Source: Trypanosoma brucei
Lineage: Eukaryota
Reading direction: 5' to 3'
Length of the DNA stretch: 64,000 bases
Assembly (NCBI GenBank): GCA_000002445.1
Contig: CP000069.1
Span: 1,120,001 to 1,184,000, forward strand
The position numbers and the translations under genes were made by a program. Below, piece by piece: positions 22,568-34,628 of this stretch (positions are counted from its first letter, which is position 1; each line of letters opens with the position of its first letter). Below the pieces are notes generated by a model. It did no database searches and was not told the origin of the DNA. It saw only the letters and a list, made by a program, of their open reading frames with translations.

Positions 22568-23743
22568 CTAACAGCGAACAACAGCATTGGAATCTGAAAG
22601 TGCTGCGCTCCAGCTCCTTAAGAGACCTTTCCCTGCACGAAGAAAATCGCCTACAAAATATTTTGGTTTTTTATCACGGTAAAGGGCCCACCGCCGCAGA
22701 AATTCTTCCCTTCCAAGGAACCGAGCACCATAACTCCCTTCGTATTGCTTCATATACTCAATTTTGTCCCCCCAGTACCACATGTTATACCCGCAAGCTT
22801 GCAATGCAGCACCCATAACTTTCGTGATGATGGTTCCATAACTCTCAGTGGTGCGTTGGCAAGTAAACATCGTGAAATCGTGAAATACCGAGCCGATGCC
22901 GAACCCCAAACAACCAGCAACAGCAGTGCCGGTGCTCTCCTCAATAAGTTCCACTGCCAGTATACCTACATTTAGTTGCTTATCATCACCCATATCAGTA
23001 AGTGCTTCTATGAAGTTATCATTAAGCCATGTGCTACCACATCGTTGTAAGTGATATTCCTGTGCTGTCCGCAACGAATTGCTGAGGTCGCGGTTTACCG
23101 CAACGGAGTAAAGGCCGGAAGATACAAGGCGCTTAACTTTTTTGTTCCTCAACCAGGGGTATTCTTCCCTTTCCAAATCCAAACAGTAACGACCCTGTCG
23201 GTAGTTGGGGAGTGAGCAAAGGCCAAGACTCTGGGACAGTGGAAGTGGGAAGAGGGTCTGATAGAAAAGTCTCGCAATTAACTCCTTTAGGCAATGCTTC
23301 GAAAGGTATATAAACATATAATCCTTGGGTTGCGCCAATAGACAGTCCAAAAAGTCGCTGCGACAAAGAATTGTGGCATCGTAGATAAATGATACGGGAT
23401 CTCGAATACCACATCCGAGCGGTAATGTGTTGTAAGAGAAGCAATATTTTGTAGATTCACTTCTTATCAAAGGGGATGTGCCCCTTGCATCACTCAAGTG
23501 TTCGTCACTATCGCCATTCAACGTTAAACATATGTCATAACTACGATTAGGAAACAGGGCCCACAGTGTTGCCCGATACTTCACTTTTTCCTCTTCATCG
23601 ATAAGTTGTTTCGCACTAACCGGGAACTGCTGCTGCGACGGTTCGTCGCAAACCCAACCGGAAGCACTGCAGCTACTAATGGAGAAAGGGACTGAAGCAA
23701 CAAAGTCGATGCAATTAGCATGCGACAAACCACACACATCCAT
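22568..23743 (-). CDS. hypothetical protein; weak resemblance to aminoacyl-tRNA-protein transferase (Leu/Phe-transferase/ATE-like GNAT fold) core
   Basis: This is a 391-aa ORF in the same orientation as its neighbours. The segment AGCLGFGIGSVFHDFTMFT...YGTIITKVMGAALQACGYNMWYWG loosely resembles the L/F-transferase core (..GG.yGv..G..F.GESMF). The resemblance is by eye only. Confidence 0.5.
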   Translation of the reverse strand: MDVCGLSHANCIDFVASVPFSISSCSASGWVCDEPSQQQFPVSAKQLIDEEEKVKYRATLWALFPNRSYDICLTLNGDSDEHLSDARGTSPLIRSESTKYCFSYNTLPLGCGIRDPVSFIYDATILCRSDFLDCLLAQPKDYMFIYLSKHCLKELIARLFYQTLFPLPLSQSLGLCSLPNYRQGRYCLDLEREEYPWLRNKKVKRLVSSGLYSVAVNRDLSNSLRTAQEYHLQRCGSTWLNDNFIEALTDMGDDKQLNVGILAVELIEESTGTAVAGCLGFGIGSVFHDFTMFTCQRTTESYGTIITKVMGAALQACGYNMWYWGDKIEYMKQYEGSYGARFLGREEFLRRWALYRDKKPKYFVGDFLRAGKGLLRSWSAALSDSNAVVRC

Positions 23744-24968
23744 TACCTAAAGAAGTCAAGCAGTAAGTCCCTCGCGCCTACCAAAACCAAAAAAAAAAAA
23801 ACAACAACAACTAAAATAACAACCCCACAGGGCCTGGTACAATATAAAACAAAGAGAGAAGGTTGTCGAATAAACCGCTGACAACGTGGAAGAGGCGGAA
23901 ACCGAAACACGACATACACATGCATGAAGACAAACATACACACACAAAAAAAAAACAAAAAGAAACGTTCGATGACATCAACACAAGTAAGAGCGACCTG
24001 ATGCAACAAACCACACGCAGCACAACGAACCAATACATATATATATTCAGTTATCCTTATGTGACAAGAGGTAAACGCACTTCCCATTTGACATCATCAG
24101 GTAAAACTGACGAAAAGAATCAACACCTCTTGCGGCACGGATGCGTTGAAAAATATATATATATTCCAACGTTACAGCAGGGACAACAAAAATAACAACA
24201 ACAACACAGAATAGTAGTAGCAATAATAATAATAATAATAGTGGCACGCCGTCACAACCAATATTCTGCCTCCTGTCGCCTCCATCTCGCGCAAAAGTCT
24301 ATGCAACCTTTCATCACTAGAAATTATGTAAGCGGAAAAAAGAGAACCTAGAGCAAAGAAAAAAATTAATTTTTGTACAGTTGCGAAAAAAGGGAAGAAA
24401 AAAAAAGGAACCCATAGCAGACGCGTTCGGCTGGTTAGGAACCAAACCCAACCAGTTGGAGCTCACATGACTTATTTGGTGGATTCCATCCCCTTTGTTT
24501 TTTTTGTTTTATTGTTATTAATTTTTGTTTCTTTCGACACCTGGTTATAACCAAAGTGTAATTCCCTTTTTGAGGAAGTCAAAACATCGTTTATGCGAGC
24601 GACTGTGCGTGGGCCTCTAAGGAGAAGAGAAACTCAAACCAGCGCGCAACATGTAGAACTAACAAAACAGAATGTTGGAAAGTCTTCTGCAGTACGCATT
24701 TCCGGTTACTGTTTTCCTCCCCTTCAACAACAACAACAACATAAGACAAAAAAGTGTGGGACTGGTCCTGAGGGTGCACGACTCACTTCCACAACGTAAA
24801 ATACATCGCCAATGTTTCAAAGACGGCGTAAAAAAGTGAGGAAGCGGTCCTTCGCAAATACGTATGTTTTGTTCTGCTTTCGTTTTATTTAGATTGTTTC
24901 CCCTCCTTTGATAACTTTGCTTTTGATTACTCCCTTCGGCCACTATTTCGTATCTTCGCCTTTTGTTT

Positions 24969-25613
24969 TCAATATGGCCCACCGCGTCCCCTGCCTCGAC
25001 CTCGGCCACGCACACCACCGCGGTACGGACTAAAGTTCATGCCAGCGGGGCCTCCCATCATCGTTGCCATCATTGTGGCTGCCATGGCCATTTGTTGTTG
25101 CATGGCGTTGGCTCCACCGCCTCGGAAACCACCTCGAGGGAAACCACCACCAGCTCCTCCACCTCTACCGCGTTGAAAAGCCGGAATATTGTCACGTTTC
25201 ATCGCCACCGTCAGAGGTTTTCCATGGAGGGATTGTCCATTCTTCACAATAGCAGCAGCAGCTTGCTCCACAGTTTCAAACTCAATATACGCTGTGCCCT
25301 TTTGCTGACCGGTGAATTTGTCGCGCAACATCGTGAGACGCTTAATGGTCCCGCATGCACTAAAAAAGACGCGAAGATCACTCTCCGTCGTGCGCGGGTC
25401 CATCCCGCCCACAAAAACCGACGTGTTTTTCGACGCCACAACGCCGGTAGTCTTACGCTGCCCCTCATCTTGGGCTGCCGTTTCCTGCAGCGTTTTCAAC
25501 CGAAGGTCCTCCTGAAGGTCATTTACTTGGCGCTGCATTTCTTGCAGCTCAAGCTCCGGATCAACTTCCGTGTTGAACAGTACGTTGTCTCCATCCGACG
25601 GGTCTGATGCCAT
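24969..25613 (-). CDS. PABP2: nuclear poly(A)-binding protein, PABPN1/PABP2 type (coiled-coil + single RRM + RGG/RG tail)
   Basis: Starts MASDPSDG. A coiled-coil region (LQEMQRQVNDLQEDLRLKTL) is followed by an RRM with RNP2 SVFVGGM and an RNP1-like KGTAYIEF. The C-terminal tail is RGG/RGRGRGRG-rich. The true ATG is at 25611..25613. The track extension to 25817 starts at TTG and runs through TA-rich intergenic sequence. Confidence 0.85.
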   Translation of the reverse strand: MASDPSDGDNVLFNTEVDPELELQEMQRQVNDLQEDLRLKTLQETAAQDEGQRKTTGVVASKNTSVFVGGMDPRTTESDLRVFFSACGTIKRLTMLRDKFTGQQKGTAYIEFETVEQAAAAIVKNGQSLHGKPLTVAMKRDNIPAFQRGRGGGAGGGFPRGGFRGGGANAMQQQMAMAATMMATMMGGPAGMNFSPYRGGVRGRGRGRGRGGPY

Positions 25614-27973
25614 ACTTAATGGTGAGGCGTGCGATTCGGCTTTTGCCTTGTGTATATAAATACAAATATATTTGTATAAATATATGCACACGTGTTTTCT
25701 TTTTTTGTGTGTGTGTCCGCCTCTTAATTGGCAACAACAAACAAACAGGGATGAACAAGCAAATAAATATAAATAAATACCCAGATTTTTTTTAAAAAAG
25801 AGGGGGAGGCAATCCAAAGAAAGCGAAAGCAGCTGCGGGTGAAAATTTGTTGGTGCAACGTTGGAAAGAATCTATAAAAATGCTGACAAAAAAATAAAAA
25901 CAAAAAAAAAGAGCAAGCACTACGTGCGGAGAAGCTCTCAAAGAACGAGGAGAGAAATGAGTGGAAAGATAAAAACGGGTTACAATTTTTCCAATGCCTT
26001 TCCCCCTCTCTCCCCCCCCCATTTTGTTTGTGAAGCGCCTTAATTTTCTGTTCTTTCCGTCACACAAGTCCTTTTTGTTGTTTAAACTAACAGACGCGAT
26101 ATCAGTTGTGTATCATTTCCTTTTTTTTCTTTCTTTCTTTTTTTTTCTCTTGGAGGATGAATTGCCGGTATTTTTTTTTTTTTTTCATTTTATTTCCGTG
26201 TGCATAAACAAACAAAGAGGAAAGGGAATAAAGGGGGTTTGCGTCGGTGTATCAAATGAACTTTCTGTTTGTAGTAATTTTTTTTGTTATTTTAAATTCT
26301 ATTTATTTGTTTGCCATTTTTTACTTTTACCTTTACAGTCTCTTCCACACTGCCTTTCTTCTGGCTTTGAGTTGTTTATATATCGCATTAGCGAGTTTCT
26401 ACGAGGAAAAAAAATATAAAAAAAACGGAGGAAGTTTGGTGGTGCTGTAGACCAAACAACAAGAAAAAAAAAAGTGAGGAAACGCAACAAAAAAAACTAA
26501 AAAAAAAAAGAATTAACTCTCTTTCATACCACAAACCAGTAACAAAATAAATAAAAACACGAACACTATTCATTTCTTTTTTTTTTTAAGTTTCCCTCAT
26601 TTTCTTCGCTGCTGCCTCACAGTTTTCCATTAAAATACTCTCACGGCTGTGTTTTGTTCAAACCACTGCAGACGACAAAAGGAAAAACAAAATGAGGGAT
26701 TAAAATGCTGCAAAAATACGCATTTTGTTGCATATGAGACACCCGCAGCTATGAAAAATAGAGGGAAAAAAATAAGAATTTATAATTCAAAACCACTGAA
26801 GAGTTTGACAAAAAAAAAAAAAAGAAAGACACAGAGAGCCAAAGAGAGCAACGAAGAACACAATAATACAAATGGAGGGGAAATAAGAATAACAAAAAAA
26901 AATATAAGAAAAAAAACAGAAATATATATTAAAGGCATAATATCACAAACCACGACATAATAATGATGATGATAATAACACGTACAACAACAACAAAAAA
27001 AAAGAAAATGCACACGGAAATGCCCGAGTGAGTAAAAATAAAAAGACGTAAAAAAAAAATAAGACGCGATAAATCAAACGGTGCTGCGTTAAACGTTTCA
27101 CCTCGACAGCTCCCTGAACCGAATGGTTCACATCTATCCGATCACTCATAGAATCAAAAAGTAAAAAAATAAAATAGAATAATGTTATAGTAAAAAACAA
27201 AAGTGGTGGAAAAAAATTAATAAAAATAGTGATACTAAAAATAACACACAATACAAGAGCATAAAAACAAGAAAAATATCCCACATTTTACTTTATTTAC
27301 TGGATTCACGTGCATGTGATAAGTGGAATTGAATGCGCAGCAGCAAGAAAACAAAAAAAAACGTGTTATGCAGCACTTTCAAAAAGGATTTAAAAAACGT
27401 ATATTGACAAAAAAAAACACAAACAACAAAAATGGGAAGAGGGAAAAAAAAGATATAAAACGTACCAAAGGATCAAACGACGGGGGAACGGAATAAAATT
27501 ATTATTATTGTTATTATGGTAGAATGATGGTACGAGCAACGTAACGATTAAACCAAAAGAAAAAAAAGTAAGGTAGTACACACTGCATCCCGCCACTTTT
27601 TCCGATACAAAAGCATCAGAAGGTTGAAACTGAGAGTGATTTATAAGCTGGAGAAGAAAAGGTAAAAATAACAAAACCAGTATCGAAAAGCACCAATAGA
27701 AAGGTTTTAAAAAAAAATAATAAGATAAAACGCAAACGCCCGTCCACACACATATTTATATTTATTTATATATGTGTGTGCACAAAGTCTGGGAGACAGT
27801 CCGTAAGCGAACAGTATCACTAAAATCACTACAGAAAAACAAAAAAGGGTTTTTTTTCGCAAAATGGTCCTCAGGAAAACCGCATCTCTTCTTTCCACAA
27901 CATAAAATTTCAATGAAGAAAAAAAAATGACAATATTAACACACAAACACAAGTATAACATGCGGCACACAGC

Positions 27974-29476
27974 TCATTTTGAACCATATATCTCTTTTAA
28001 TTTAGCGCATAACTCATCACCCCATGAACTTCTTTCATATTCTACCGAAGTGGATGCCAGAAGTGATAACTTAATGATGGGCACACCACAGGAAGTACCG
28101 CTGAGGAAACCTCTGCTCAGAGGACAAGATGAGTGATTGTGTCCTCCCATTACTCGTGACTTTGGTGGTTCCTTTCGACTCATTAACCGTCTTTTAGCTT
28201 CTGCTGCAGTCACCTTCGCTTTAGGACTTTTCTCCTCATTCCTCTCACGTGTCGCAACGTATTGAGTAGTAGTTTGCAAATCGGTACCAACAATTTCATT
28301 TTCCTTCACGCATTCGGTTGGTTGTAAAACGATGGGTTCCGCACGGGTTCTCCACCGCAGAGGTGTGTCGCCTCCAACTTGATCACCGCGGCAACAGACG
28401 TTCTGTTTGTGTGATGTCATCCCCAAAGTAGTGAAATCACCATCAGTACACGCCACGTATGGTTTTTCATCCGTATCGAACTTGATTGTTAGTGAGTCAA
28501 TAAAGCGTATTTCATATATTCGCATAGGGAGAGCAGACCGCCATTGTTTCCCTCCCGCTTGAGCGGCAGCAGCCTTCATGATGTGCTGTGTAAGTTTCAT
28601 TGCTGAATTTGGTAAAGGTTCCGGAAGCACTCGAGTGGCGATGCATAGGATTTTCTCCTCCGCGGTGAGAGAGGCAAACTTCCTGTAAGCAAATATACGG
28701 TCGCGCAATACCTCACCATATGTTAGAAAGTCTTGGAACGTCAGATCGGTCTTGCCATCACACGATTCCGTTAGAAAGTCAGATGCCTCACGTTCTGACA
28801 CGCCCGTAGGAGTGCAGAGTAAAAGATGATCGTGCACCACATCCGCATTAATGGAATTGGTCTGGTTGTCAGCAAGTGCATCGAATATCACTCGCACACT
28901 TTCCACATTGTCAGAATTTTTTGACCCCGCCTTCCAATCCTGCCGTGCCGCGGTGAGTTTCATCCTTTCAAATGATTCCATTAACGCACTCATGCCCTCT
29001 ACCCGCAATAAACGAGCACGGTACTGGTGATTTTTGTATCCTGTGGAGTGCTGGATAATGTAACGATCAAGAGGCGACCTTTTAGTGACGCGCCCAGCAC
29101 TTTCCCCCTTACATAAGTAATAATACTTGTTTTTCTTCATGGTCGTAATTAATGGAAGTTGTTCCTTCAGCGCCACCTCCGTGGCGGCACGATTGGTATT
29201 CCACCCAGGTCGCAATTTCCGTGGAGTTTCTCTGCAAACTACAGTTAGTTGGGTTGGAGGAGGAGGCGCTCCATCATCTGCAAGTGTGTACGATCTTGAA
29301 TATGTGCTGCCTGAGTGCGAGGCGTCGGGATATGTATCGGAGGACCGAATCGCCCTATATGTAACAGTGGAATCTGTTGTGGATACGTTGGGCGGTGGTC
29401 CACGAAAGGAAACATTAGAAGTGGCAACTGATATAATACCGTCATGAAAAGTCGGCCACGACTCGTGTATTGTCAT
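27974..29476 (-). CDS. hypothetical protein
   Basis: This is a 500-aa ORF counted from the first ATG at 29474..29476 (MTIHESWPTFHDG). The track start at 29632 is TTG. An AG-rich PPT lies on the + strand at ~29640-29800. No confident domain was recognised; there is a possible EF-hand-like stretch IFDALADNQTNSINADVVHDHL. Confidence 0.55.
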   Translation of the reverse strand: MTIHESWPTFHDGIISVATSNVSFRGPPPNVSTTDSTVTYRAIRSSDTYPDASHSGSTYSRSYTLADDGAPPPPTQLTVVCRETPRKLRPGWNTNRAATEVALKEQLPLITTMKKNKYYYLCKGESAGRVTKRSPLDRYIIQHSTGYKNHQYRARLLRVEGMSALMESFERMKLTAARQDWKAGSKNSDNVESVRVIFDALADNQTNSINADVVHDHLLLCTPTGVSEREASDFLTESCDGKTDLTFQDFLTYGEVLRDRIFAYRKFASLTAEEKILCIATRVLPEPLPNSAMKLTQHIMKAAAAQAGGKQWRSALPMRIYEIRFIDSLTIKFDTDEKPYVACTDGDFTTLGMTSHKQNVCCRGDQVGGDTPLRWRTRAEPIVLQPTECVKENEIVGTDLQTTTQYVATRERNEEKSPKAKVTAAEAKRRLMSRKEPPKSRVMGGHNHSSCPLSRGFLSGTSCGVPIIKLSLLASTSVEYERSSWGDELCAKLKEIYGSK

Positions 29477-30644
29477 TTTTAACCAGTCCACTACTCTAAC
29501 CTTTTCTTTATTTTGCGTTATTTTTTTTGTTGTTGTTGCTTTCAAGGGGAGATGATGGATAGCGTATGATTCTTTTTCCTCCCTGCGTATATTTCGTTTG
29601 TAGTATCTTGCGCGATCAGACGCTGCTGACAACAGGCGCCAACCTCCAGAAAGAATACCACCTGAAATAATGTAAGCACCCCGTATCCTTTCTTCCTGAG
29701 GGGAAAATCAAGCTTTCCGCTAAATGCTGGGAGGTATATTATGAAGCAGAAAAAAACGGTGAGAAGAAACAGCAAAAGCAACCAGGTAGTATCGGCAGTG
29801 TAAACAAAGCGTTACCGAGAAATAAATGTATACGGTGGGATGTTAACTTAGGCACAAATATTAGAGGAGACAAAAGAGGGACAAAAGGGAGAAAAAGAAC
29901 ACACAAGCCAATAACCCACTTCTGAACAGTTAAATCGCAAAATAACACCTCTCCCCACTGGGAGGCATATGTACTTCCCCGCGCGTCTTTGTTAAGGTAG
30001 AGGAAGTCATTTGCCCCACCATTGGTATAATGGAGAATAAATTGAAAGAAAAGAAAGTGAAAAGCAACTAAGCAACAAACATCCCACCCGAAAAACAAAA
30101 GTTCACCATGATTTCACCATCGTATGGTTAATGAGTCATTCCTTCCCAACAACCAACACTCCCTGCCTCCATCCGTCATCTTCCTCATCACCACACGCAA
30201 TCGGCAGGCGCCTTGGTGACGTTGATGTTGATCTTGCTTTCTCTTCGGCGCCAAACGGTAAATAGTCCTGAAGAAAAATAAGCGATCCACCACATCCGCT
30301 AAGCAGTTGCTGCCACAGAACAATCAGTCTTCCAACAACGAGGCATGAACCGAGTAAGAGCTGGGAATGGGCTCGTGGCTAGTGTGCTGGAAGGATGACA
30401 CGCGGTCCGGTAATTCAACGAATGAAACTGTCACATGGTTGATACAATTGCTGCCCCAAGACACATACAAATGAAGTTGTTTTTTTTTTTTAATCACGCG
30501 CAAACTCCATTAGGTAAGCGGCTTTTTCCCCCCACCCTCTCCCATTCTATCCCTTCTGCTATTTTCTCTTTCCATATTCTCCTCCACCCCCATCGCCACC
30601 GTCATTAGTTCTTGCGACGCAGTAGGCGCACGCGTCAGTTCAGA

Positions 30645-31688
30645 TTACACTGAGCATATGAAACTTCCTAATTCAAGAAGCTGCACAAAATCATCACATC
30701 CATCCGACAGACGCTTCTCAATGTCGCATAACTTTAGTGCAATTGATCCACGCTGAGCGGAATTAAGAGGACATGCAGCACTGACAATGTAATCCTGAAG
30801 CTGGGCAAGTATCTGACAAGCGGGGTAACCTTGCTGAACAAGTCGTTTTGTCACACTGCGCACCTCGTCGAAGCTTTTCATCATCAAAGCAGCAAGGTAC
30901 GTTTGCATCATGCTAGCAGGCACGGATCCCGACACTTCCACAAAATCCTCCTTCTGCAAGTCATTTCCATTTGCCCTCTGCGCATACTGAAGGTACATTA
31001 TCGCTAAGCGTAGGTCACCGCCACTCACATGATCCAACGCATCTATAGAAGACCTCGATATTTGGATGTTCTCTCTACTAGCAACTTCACTAATACGCTC
31101 ATATAGGGCCTCTTTTATGAGGGGTTTGAAGCGGTACTTGGCACAACGGCTCGCTATGGGATCGATGATGCGAGTTACGTAGTTACAGAGAATGCAAAAT
31201 CGTGTAACATCACTGAAGTCCTCCATCATACGACGAAGGGCAGCCTGCGCATCGGGTAGTAGGGCATCCGCTTCGTCCAATATGATAACTTTGAAGGGAG
31301 GCACCGGGTAAATCTTTCCGTCGGACTGCACCTTCTGCACAACATTCCCCACAGCCGTTTGTGCAAAGGACTTAACCTTCTCACGTATTACCTGAATACC
31401 ACGGTCGTCACTTGCGTTCAGCTCACGAACGCGACTCTTAATGTAATCGGGTCCAAACAACTCATGCGCGACGGCAAGTATGGCAGTTGTTTTTCCCGTC
31501 CCTGGTGGGCCGTGGAAAAGGAAATGAGGCATACTTGCGCCCTGTCGGAGGGTGGACCGCAACGCCTGCACAACTTCCTCCTGCGACTTGACCTCGTCCA
31601 AAGACTTTGGTCGATACTTCTCAATCCATGGGCGTAAATCAACACTCGGCTCCACACGATGTTTTTTAAGTGGTGGGTCTGGCAACAT
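30645..31688 (-). CDS. RFC: replication factor C small (40-kDa class) subunit, AAA+ clamp loader
   Basis: The RFC box II is PWIEKYRPKSLDEV. Walker A is FHGPPGTGKTT, followed by LELNASDDRGI (RFC box), the DEAD box in IILDEAD, and a sensor SRC-like motif in IIDPIASRC. The first ATG is at 31686..31688; the track start is TTG. Confidence 0.9.
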   Translation of the reverse strand: MLPDPPLKKHRVEPSVDLRPWIEKYRPKSLDEVKSQEEVVQALRSTLRQGASMPHFLFHGPPGTGKTTAILAVAHELFGPDYIKSRVRELNASDDRGIQVIREKVKSFAQTAVGNVVQKVQSDGKIYPVPPFKVIILDEADALLPDAQAALRRMMEDFSDVTRFCILCNYVTRIIDPIASRCAKYRFKPLIKEALYERISEVASRENIQISRSSIDALDHVSGGDLRLAIMYLQYAQRANGNDLQKEDFVEVSGSVPASMMQTYLAALMMKSFDEVRSVTKRLVQQGYPACQILAQLQDYIVSAACPLNSAQRGSIALKLCDIEKRLSDGCDDFVQLLELGSFICSV

Positions 31689-32070
31689 TTTCAACACCAA
31701 CAAAACTCAGAAACAAATATACAAGAACGTATATATGTGTATATGAGAAGAAATGTGAATATGTCACCCGTGTATGATACGTATCACTTCTAATCACTCG
31801 CACCCTTTCTTCAAATGAAAGGCTTAACAAAAAAAAAAGTGAGAAAACAGAAGGAGGAAAAGTGCTGGTACTGCAAGTGGTTCACCACTTATACAAATAT
31901 CGGAGAGGTGGCCCAAAGGTCCGCAAAACAGAAACAAAAAAATGGTTCGAACAATACAACAATAAATGCGCGCAAACTGCCGCAAAGTAAACATTAGCAT
32001 ATCACGTGAATGCATTGATGGTCGCACACACAACTCAGTTCCTTCTGACGCGAGAAAGATATATAATCGC

Positions 32071-32096
32071 ATATATATATATATATATATATATAC
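32071..32096. repeat. (AT)n microsatellite
   Basis: atatatatatatatatatatatatat. Confidence 0.8.
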
Positions 32097-32744
32097 GGTG
32101 CCTGGTGATAGGCACACCGACTCCTCCATGCAATTCCCCTCCCCCTACACACACGCACATATACAGAATCAAATAAACATATGGACATCACGGTAGTAAC
32201 AGCTGAAGATTACACTTACACATGACGTTTCAACTACAACAGTCCCGATGACATTTCATATTTTTATCCCCACCCACACCGCAATTCCCCCACAGCGTTT
32301 TGACATGTAGCTGATAACATGCACGCAAAAGGGAAACTAAACACACATATAAGGAAGTACAGGAGGAAACCAAGCGAGTGAAACAGATGATATGACTGTT
32401 CCACAGCTTCAACAATAAGTTTCCCACTCGTCGCACCGTATAATAAACATTTAAAATATTCAGCGGCCAGCAAAAGGTGCGTAAGGTAATGGGGGAGAGG
32501 AACATATAATGCAGAACGGAAGCAGAACGAATACAATGCAGTAAATAAGGATAAGCAAAACACAAAAGGTGTGCAAACGCAAAAACTAAAAAAAAAAAGA
32601 AAAGGGAGAGAAACAGAGAAGCAGTAACCGAATACGCCAAAAATAAACACCACTAAACTCAAAAAAAAAACTGAAAAGGTCGAACCGCGCCCAAACACAC
32701 ACAAACAAACAAACAAACATCAAAACATGGAAATCATGCCGTCT

Positions 32745-34628
32745 CTACGAAGCACTCCTCGCACAAAAGCTGTCAATTTTTCTTTGCAAGGAGGGAGTAA
32801 ACTTCACTGAATTTGTTTCACGCGATTCCGTTGTTTTAAACTTCAGTGCCAAGGGTGAGGGCTGGTGACGCGCTTGCCGTAGGCCCGGTGTTGCTGTGCT
32901 AGCAAGGGACGACCGATTGTAGTTTTGTGTCTCATCATCCTCCGATGGGCCTGTCTGTGAAGACTCTAACTGCCCATTACTGACTAAAATAACATCTGTC
33001 GTGTCGTGTATGGCCAGTGTTTCGCCTTCTGCTTCCTCATTTTGATGTGCAGTTGTTTGCGGAGACCCTCCTGAATTGGGTGCGGAAACGCTCATACTGC
33101 TTCTTGCCGAACGAGTACACACAGCATTGAGAGAAGGGACAACGGTAGTTGTGCTGGTAACGGAATTCCGCTGCTGAGTTGAAGAACCGAACAATGCCGA
33201 CTCGAATGCCTTCACATTATCCAGAAGAGGTTTAAGTTCTGCATATTCCTGTTGAACTAGCAACTCTATCTTTTTGTCCGATACTGCAATCGACGAACCG
33301 TTAAAGTGCTTAAGAACGATATACAGTGCTCTCGCCATCCTTCTACAACTAGTATCCCCCTTGCTCATGTATTGCTCAGCCAACCGGGTGAGATCATCAG
33401 GGGAATGCGCAGCCACCTCCGCACTATTGTTGCCTGCTTTCCTGCATTTTCCCCCACGAGACACAACAGTGCAGAGCGCTATATAACCCAAACACTTCCG
33501 CCGAAGCTCTGGATGAGTTCCGCCCACAAGCCCCTCAACGGCACTTTTCACAACGGCTGTGTGGCCACCGCTGCCAATCGCCAATGCCCGAACGGCCGTA
33601 TCCGATGCGTGTGCAATGGCAGATACCGTAACAAACACACCACGAAGCAGCACTGAACACCACTTTCCCGCAGCCACTACCAGTGGTCCCTCACTAAACA
33701 ACGAGGTTGAGGCCCTTTCTGCAACGATGACAATAATAGCACAGGCCTGTCGGCATATGGCAGAACGCTTTTCACCAGCGCAAACGGACAGAGGACCGGA
33801 GAGGTGTGAAATAACCTTACGAATGTTGCGATTGAAGTAGTCATCTGGCATGGCACTCAGCCAGTTCTCCAGAGTCCGCAGAGCAATAAGCCGCTCACCC
33901 GCCCCTTCCGACGTGGCCCCGCACACAAGTGCCAAGCGACGCACCTCTTGTTCTATATTTGCCTCATCCGGCAAATAGCGATCAATTGACTCCCCGTCGG
34001 CACCAGCAACGGAGCATTTACCAGCACTTTCGGAAAGTCCACGAGATGCACTTGATCCGGAGCAACCCAACATGGCCACGAGGGAAGCCTCATCCTCCAC
34101 CATGTAAAACTTGAACATCATATCCGGCGAGCCAGACGAGGCAGCTTTGATAAAGTCCAGATACTCCACTGCCTGCTGTAGTGCCTTCTCGGTTATATTA
34201 AAGTCATTCAAATCCTCCACCTTAATGCGCATAAGGGTACGTGTTGATTTACTTAGTTCAACCATTTCACTCAGAGTTTCAACAGGGAGCACGTCACGCA
34301 ATCGTGGTTCCAACTCCAAAGCACTGGCGCGTGCCAAAACTTTTGCCTGATGCATAGGAACCTCACCATCCCGCCGTTGTCGGTCAAAACTGACAACACT
34401 GCCCAGACCAATCTGCATAAGACACTGAAAAACAGTCTCCGGCTGCACACGAAGTGTTTGTGCCGTGCGCCTTACAACCTCAAAGAAGCTGGACAGCTCC
34501 TTCAACGTTTCATGGGTTTCTTGCAACTGTGCAGGAGTGTGTGGTGGACGACGGAGCGTGCCATGGAGTTCCATCTGCCGCTGCAGAAGTACGTTGATGT
34601 CCATTTCCTCTCGCCTTACACCCTGCAT
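32745..34628 (-). CDS. hypothetical protein (helical-repeat rich)
   Basis: This is a 627-aa ORF with its ATG at 34626..34628. It is co-directional and has normal composition. Repeated amphipathic helices suggest an ARM/HEAT-like architecture. No specific family was recognised. Confidence 0.6.
   Translation of the reverse strand: MQGVRREEMDINVLLQRQMELHGTLRRPPHTPAQLQETHETLKELSSFFEVVRRTAQTLRVQPETVFQCLMQIGLGSVVSFDRQRRDGEVPMHQAKVLARASALELEPRLRDVLPVETLSEMVELSKSTRTLMRIKVEDLNDFNITEKALQQAVEYLDFIKAASSGSPDMMFKFYMVEDEASLVAMLGCSGSSASRGLSESAGKCSVAGADGESIDRYLPDEANIEQEVRRLALVCGATSEGAGERLIALRTLENWLSAMPDDYFNRNIRKVISHLSGPLSVCAGEKRSAICRQACAIIVIVAERASTSLFSEGPLVVAAGKWCSVLLRGVFVTVSAIAHASDTAVRALAIGSGGHTAVVKSAVEGLVGGTHPELRRKCLGYIALCTVVSRGGKCRKAGNNSAEVAAHSPDDLTRLAEQYMSKGDTSCRRMARALYIVLKHFNGSSIAVSDKKIELLVQQEYAELKPLLDNVKAFESALFGSSTQQRNSVTSTTTVVPSLNAVCTRSARSSMSVSAPNSGGSPQTTAHQNEEAEGETLAIHDTTDVILVSNGQLESSQTGPSEDDETQNYNRSSLASTATPGLRQARHQPSPLALKFKTTESRETNSVKFTPSLQRKIDSFCARSAS

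Noticed and set aside
25614-25817. N-terminal extension of the PABP2 ORF in the track, with similar extensions at 13946..14092, 16745..16804, 29477..29632, 31689..31703, 38132..38140, 41754..41771 and 61113..61193
   Set aside because: The track labels TTG/GTG/CTG starts as M. These extensions begin at non-ATG codons and read through TA-repeat or PPT sequence. I trimmed them to the first in-frame ATG.
29739-30098. 119-aa minus-strand ORF in the gap between the 27974..29476 gene and RFC
   Set aside because: Its composition is F/L/C-rich and low-complexity. It overlaps the AG-rich PPT region of the upstream gene and is probably non-coding UTR.
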